A stretch of DNA of 64,000 nucleotides from Squalus acanthias (Eukaryota). The position numbers and the translations under genes were made by a program. Each line of letters opens with the position of its first letter. The stretch's first letter is position 1. The notes under the pieces were generated by a model that worked only from the letters and a program-made list of their open reading frames with translations, made no database searches and was not told the origin of the DNA. Where the stretch lies: the NCBI GenBank assembly GCA_030390025.1, contig CM059431.1, positions 135,472,001 through 135,536,000 of the forward strand, read 5' to 3'. This document shows, piece after piece, positions 61,960-64,000 of the stretch.

Positions 61960-62256
61960 CTAATAGCTTCGGGTCGGTAAAACTTTAAGTTTCCTTTTTT
62001 TCCTTCTCTTAAAACTTTGTCTCAGCAGCTTTTCCCTGCTTCCCAAAACCCTTTTTTTCCACTTGCTTTGCTGAGTTTTCAGATTGCAACTTAGATCACT
62101 TTCCCTCTTTTGTACCACTTTCTTATTTTGAACTGATTGCCTTTGATAGGCTAACAGCCATATTGCCTTATACCATGCCTCCTTTCCTGATGGACCTTCT
62201 GTCCATGCCTTTACTTGCTTTGCTGCATTCACATTTTGTCCTTGCTTATCCGCCAT
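61960..62256 (-). pseudogene. Putative gag N-terminal remnant
   Basis: First ATG about 30 nt after the PBS; Trp motif (AIWLLA) followed by a charged coiled-coil-like stretch. The call is mainly positional. Confidence 0.45.
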
Positions 62257-62285
62257 TGTTATAAAAAATACTTTTTTCCCTCAAG

Positions 62286-62303
62286 GCCCCTTCATGGTCG
62301 CCA
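62286..62303 (-). promoter_or_regulatory. Primer binding site, tRNA-Arg type
   Basis: TGGCGACCATGAAGGGGC lies 4 nt after the LTR end ..GACA; 16/18 match to the vertebrate tRNA-Arg(TCG) 3' end as I recall it (GTCCCTTCGTGGTCGCCA). Confidence 0.8.
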
Positions 62304-62307
62304 ATTT

Positions 62308-63025
62308 TGTCGGACTTTCTACTACTACTGTTTGAACCTCGAGAATTACAAATAAGCGTAACAATGACAGATAAGATTGTTATAAATGAAATTATCTTTA
62401 TTCACACTACAGTTTAAAAATTCAAGCTTACATAGAAGCACCCTCGGCAATGCATATGCCCACAGTTTATTAATTTGCCCTGGCAATATATATGCCCACA
62501 GTTTAATAAGTCCGTACATAGAAGTACACTCAGCAATTCATATGCTCCGCAGTTTAGTCAAACATACATAAAAAATACTCCTCAGCAATATCTATGCTCT
62601 ATGTTTGACGTCCATACATACATACACTCCTCCACGGGTGATCAGTCTGGAAGAAGTGGTAGGCTGCAAACATTGACTGGCCAGTCAAACAGCTTTCGTT
62701 GTCCCTTTTTTTTGAATCTTTGCGCTTCTGTGTCTTTCCTTTATAGTGCCCTCTGGCATGGGCCCCCTCGTATATCTTCATTTGCCTCCCCCTGATAGGT
62801 CAGTTTCACTCCCAACCATCCCTGATTGGAGTTCCCTCTGCATGGCACGTTCATGTTCCTGTGATGTGTGTGGAGGCAGGACTTCCTCTTCATCCAGTGC
62901 CTCACCTTAGTGTCCATGTGGTCTTCCAAACAAAGGTCCATATGCTGACCCCCTCCATTTTGAATCCTTACAAAGGGCCACATGCTGACTTCCTCCATTT
63001 TGAATCCGTCTGTTATCATCTCACA
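62308..63025 (-). repeat. 5' LTR (outer boundary tentative)
   Basis: TGT..ACA termini (tgtgaga..tccgaca on -); AATAAA on - at 62397-62402 and 62467-62472; internal short tandem duplications. Confidence 0.7.
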
Positions 63026-63677
63026 ATTCATTCGCAATTTTGATCTCCACACGGTACCAGTGGTGTTATTATGTGTATAGCAGCTTACAACTGTTTCCTG
63101 AGATATAATCATATTATGAATTAGACTAACACTTTTCAGTTTAGAAATAATACCTAGTGAATGTAGCAGCAAAAGTACTTCAGTGGTTTGTTCACTGGTA
63201 TTCTCTTTCAGTTGCTGCTCAGATCGGTTACATAATGCCTTTTTCATTCACAGAGCGATTGACCTCGGTGAAAATAACAACATGTGAAGGTAGTATAGAC
63301 CTTAAGCATATAACATATGCTACTTAAGTTGCTAAATACATGTCTCAATCTTGCTGCCAACTGCAGAGTGCAGGAACCAGTTAACGTGGCTCCTACAGTT
63401 TGGTGAGATGGTTTCTTGAGTGACTTTGGGCAGGGCGGGAAGTTTAGATCCTGCAATGATTTTTTCCAGCAAATGCTGACAGGCTGACACAGGTTAAAAA
63501 AAACACTGTTGTCCACATGAAACACAGATGGTTGGCATGTATGCTTTAATTCTCCCATCTCCCGTCTATAATTAGCATCTAGGCCCTAAATCACCTGTAA
63601 ACACTATAACCTTCATGGTCATAGACTCAGATGGTCCCTTTTATTCCCTGACTTTTTGACATATTGTTCTTTTATTT

Positions 63678-63846
63678 CCTGGTAACTTTGACTTTGTGCA
63701 ATAGTGTAAAATGGGTAATAGCGAATCGGCAGCCTATTTTACATCTCTCCTGATTTTTATTTCCATTGATTGCAATGCAAATAAAAATCGGGAGAGATGT
63801 AAAACAGGCTGCCGATTCACTAGCACCCAAAGTCAAGATTACTCCC
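63678..63846. mobile_element. Small palindromic MITE
   Basis: Arms at 63712-63768 and 63773-63829 are near-perfect inverted repeats; outer pair gtaactttgacttt and aaagtcaagattac. Confidence 0.75.
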
Positions 63847-64000
63847 ATTGACTTGTGTTCAAGGAGAGTTCCATGGACAATAACAGCCCTACAGTACAGA
63901 ACATGGGTTAAACGTACAATGCTCCTGGTCTGGCTGCTGAAGAAATTATTTGTCACGTAAGCCTAAGAAAATATACCTATAAATTAAGGCATCCTCTTTG

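Larger units (their letters stand above)
52228..63025 (-). mobile_element. Endogenous retrovirus-like LTR element, internally deleted (gag remnant, integrase C-terminus, env-like gene)
   Basis: LTR homology between 52228-52570 and 62553-62900; PBS; integrase; glycoprotein-like ORFs. Confidence 0.85.

Noticed and set aside
62741..63960. ORFs 62741..63247, 63244..63558 and 63672..63956 as genes
   Set aside because: They cross LTR, MITE and flank boundaries and show no recognisable motifs or convincing splice signals.

Overview
This is a eukaryotic, almost entirely repeat-derived 64-kb window. The repeat families (CR1 with SGNH-esterase ORF1, a DeuSINE, Penelope pLTRs) suggest a cartilaginous fish; that is an inference. 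No host gene is securely identifiable, apart from one weak candidate micro-exon. The window is a nested stack of elements: several CR1 LINEs (two young ~3.6-kb copies inserted into older CR1s), a 5'-truncated L2 with an unbroken ORF, an RTE LINE, two copies of another APE-RT LINE, a full-length Tigger/pogo transposon, MITEs, and about nine PIF/Harbinger-derived elements. Three things stand out. (1) A minus-strand LTR element (52.2-63.0 kb) has a tRNA-Arg PBS, gag and integrase remnants, no RT, and an env-like gene resembling a class I fusion (F-type) glycoprotein; it is a lokiretrovirus-like candidate. (2) Two Harbingers are inserted in opposite orientation 151 bp apart inside that env; removing them restores the env frame, and one of them is a nearly intact two-gene (Myb/SANT plus DDE transposase) element. 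(3) Several short Penelope-derived insertions with 9-14 bp TSDs carry minimal hammerhead ribozyme motifs of two families. All calls come from reading the sequence by eye; no database searches were run.
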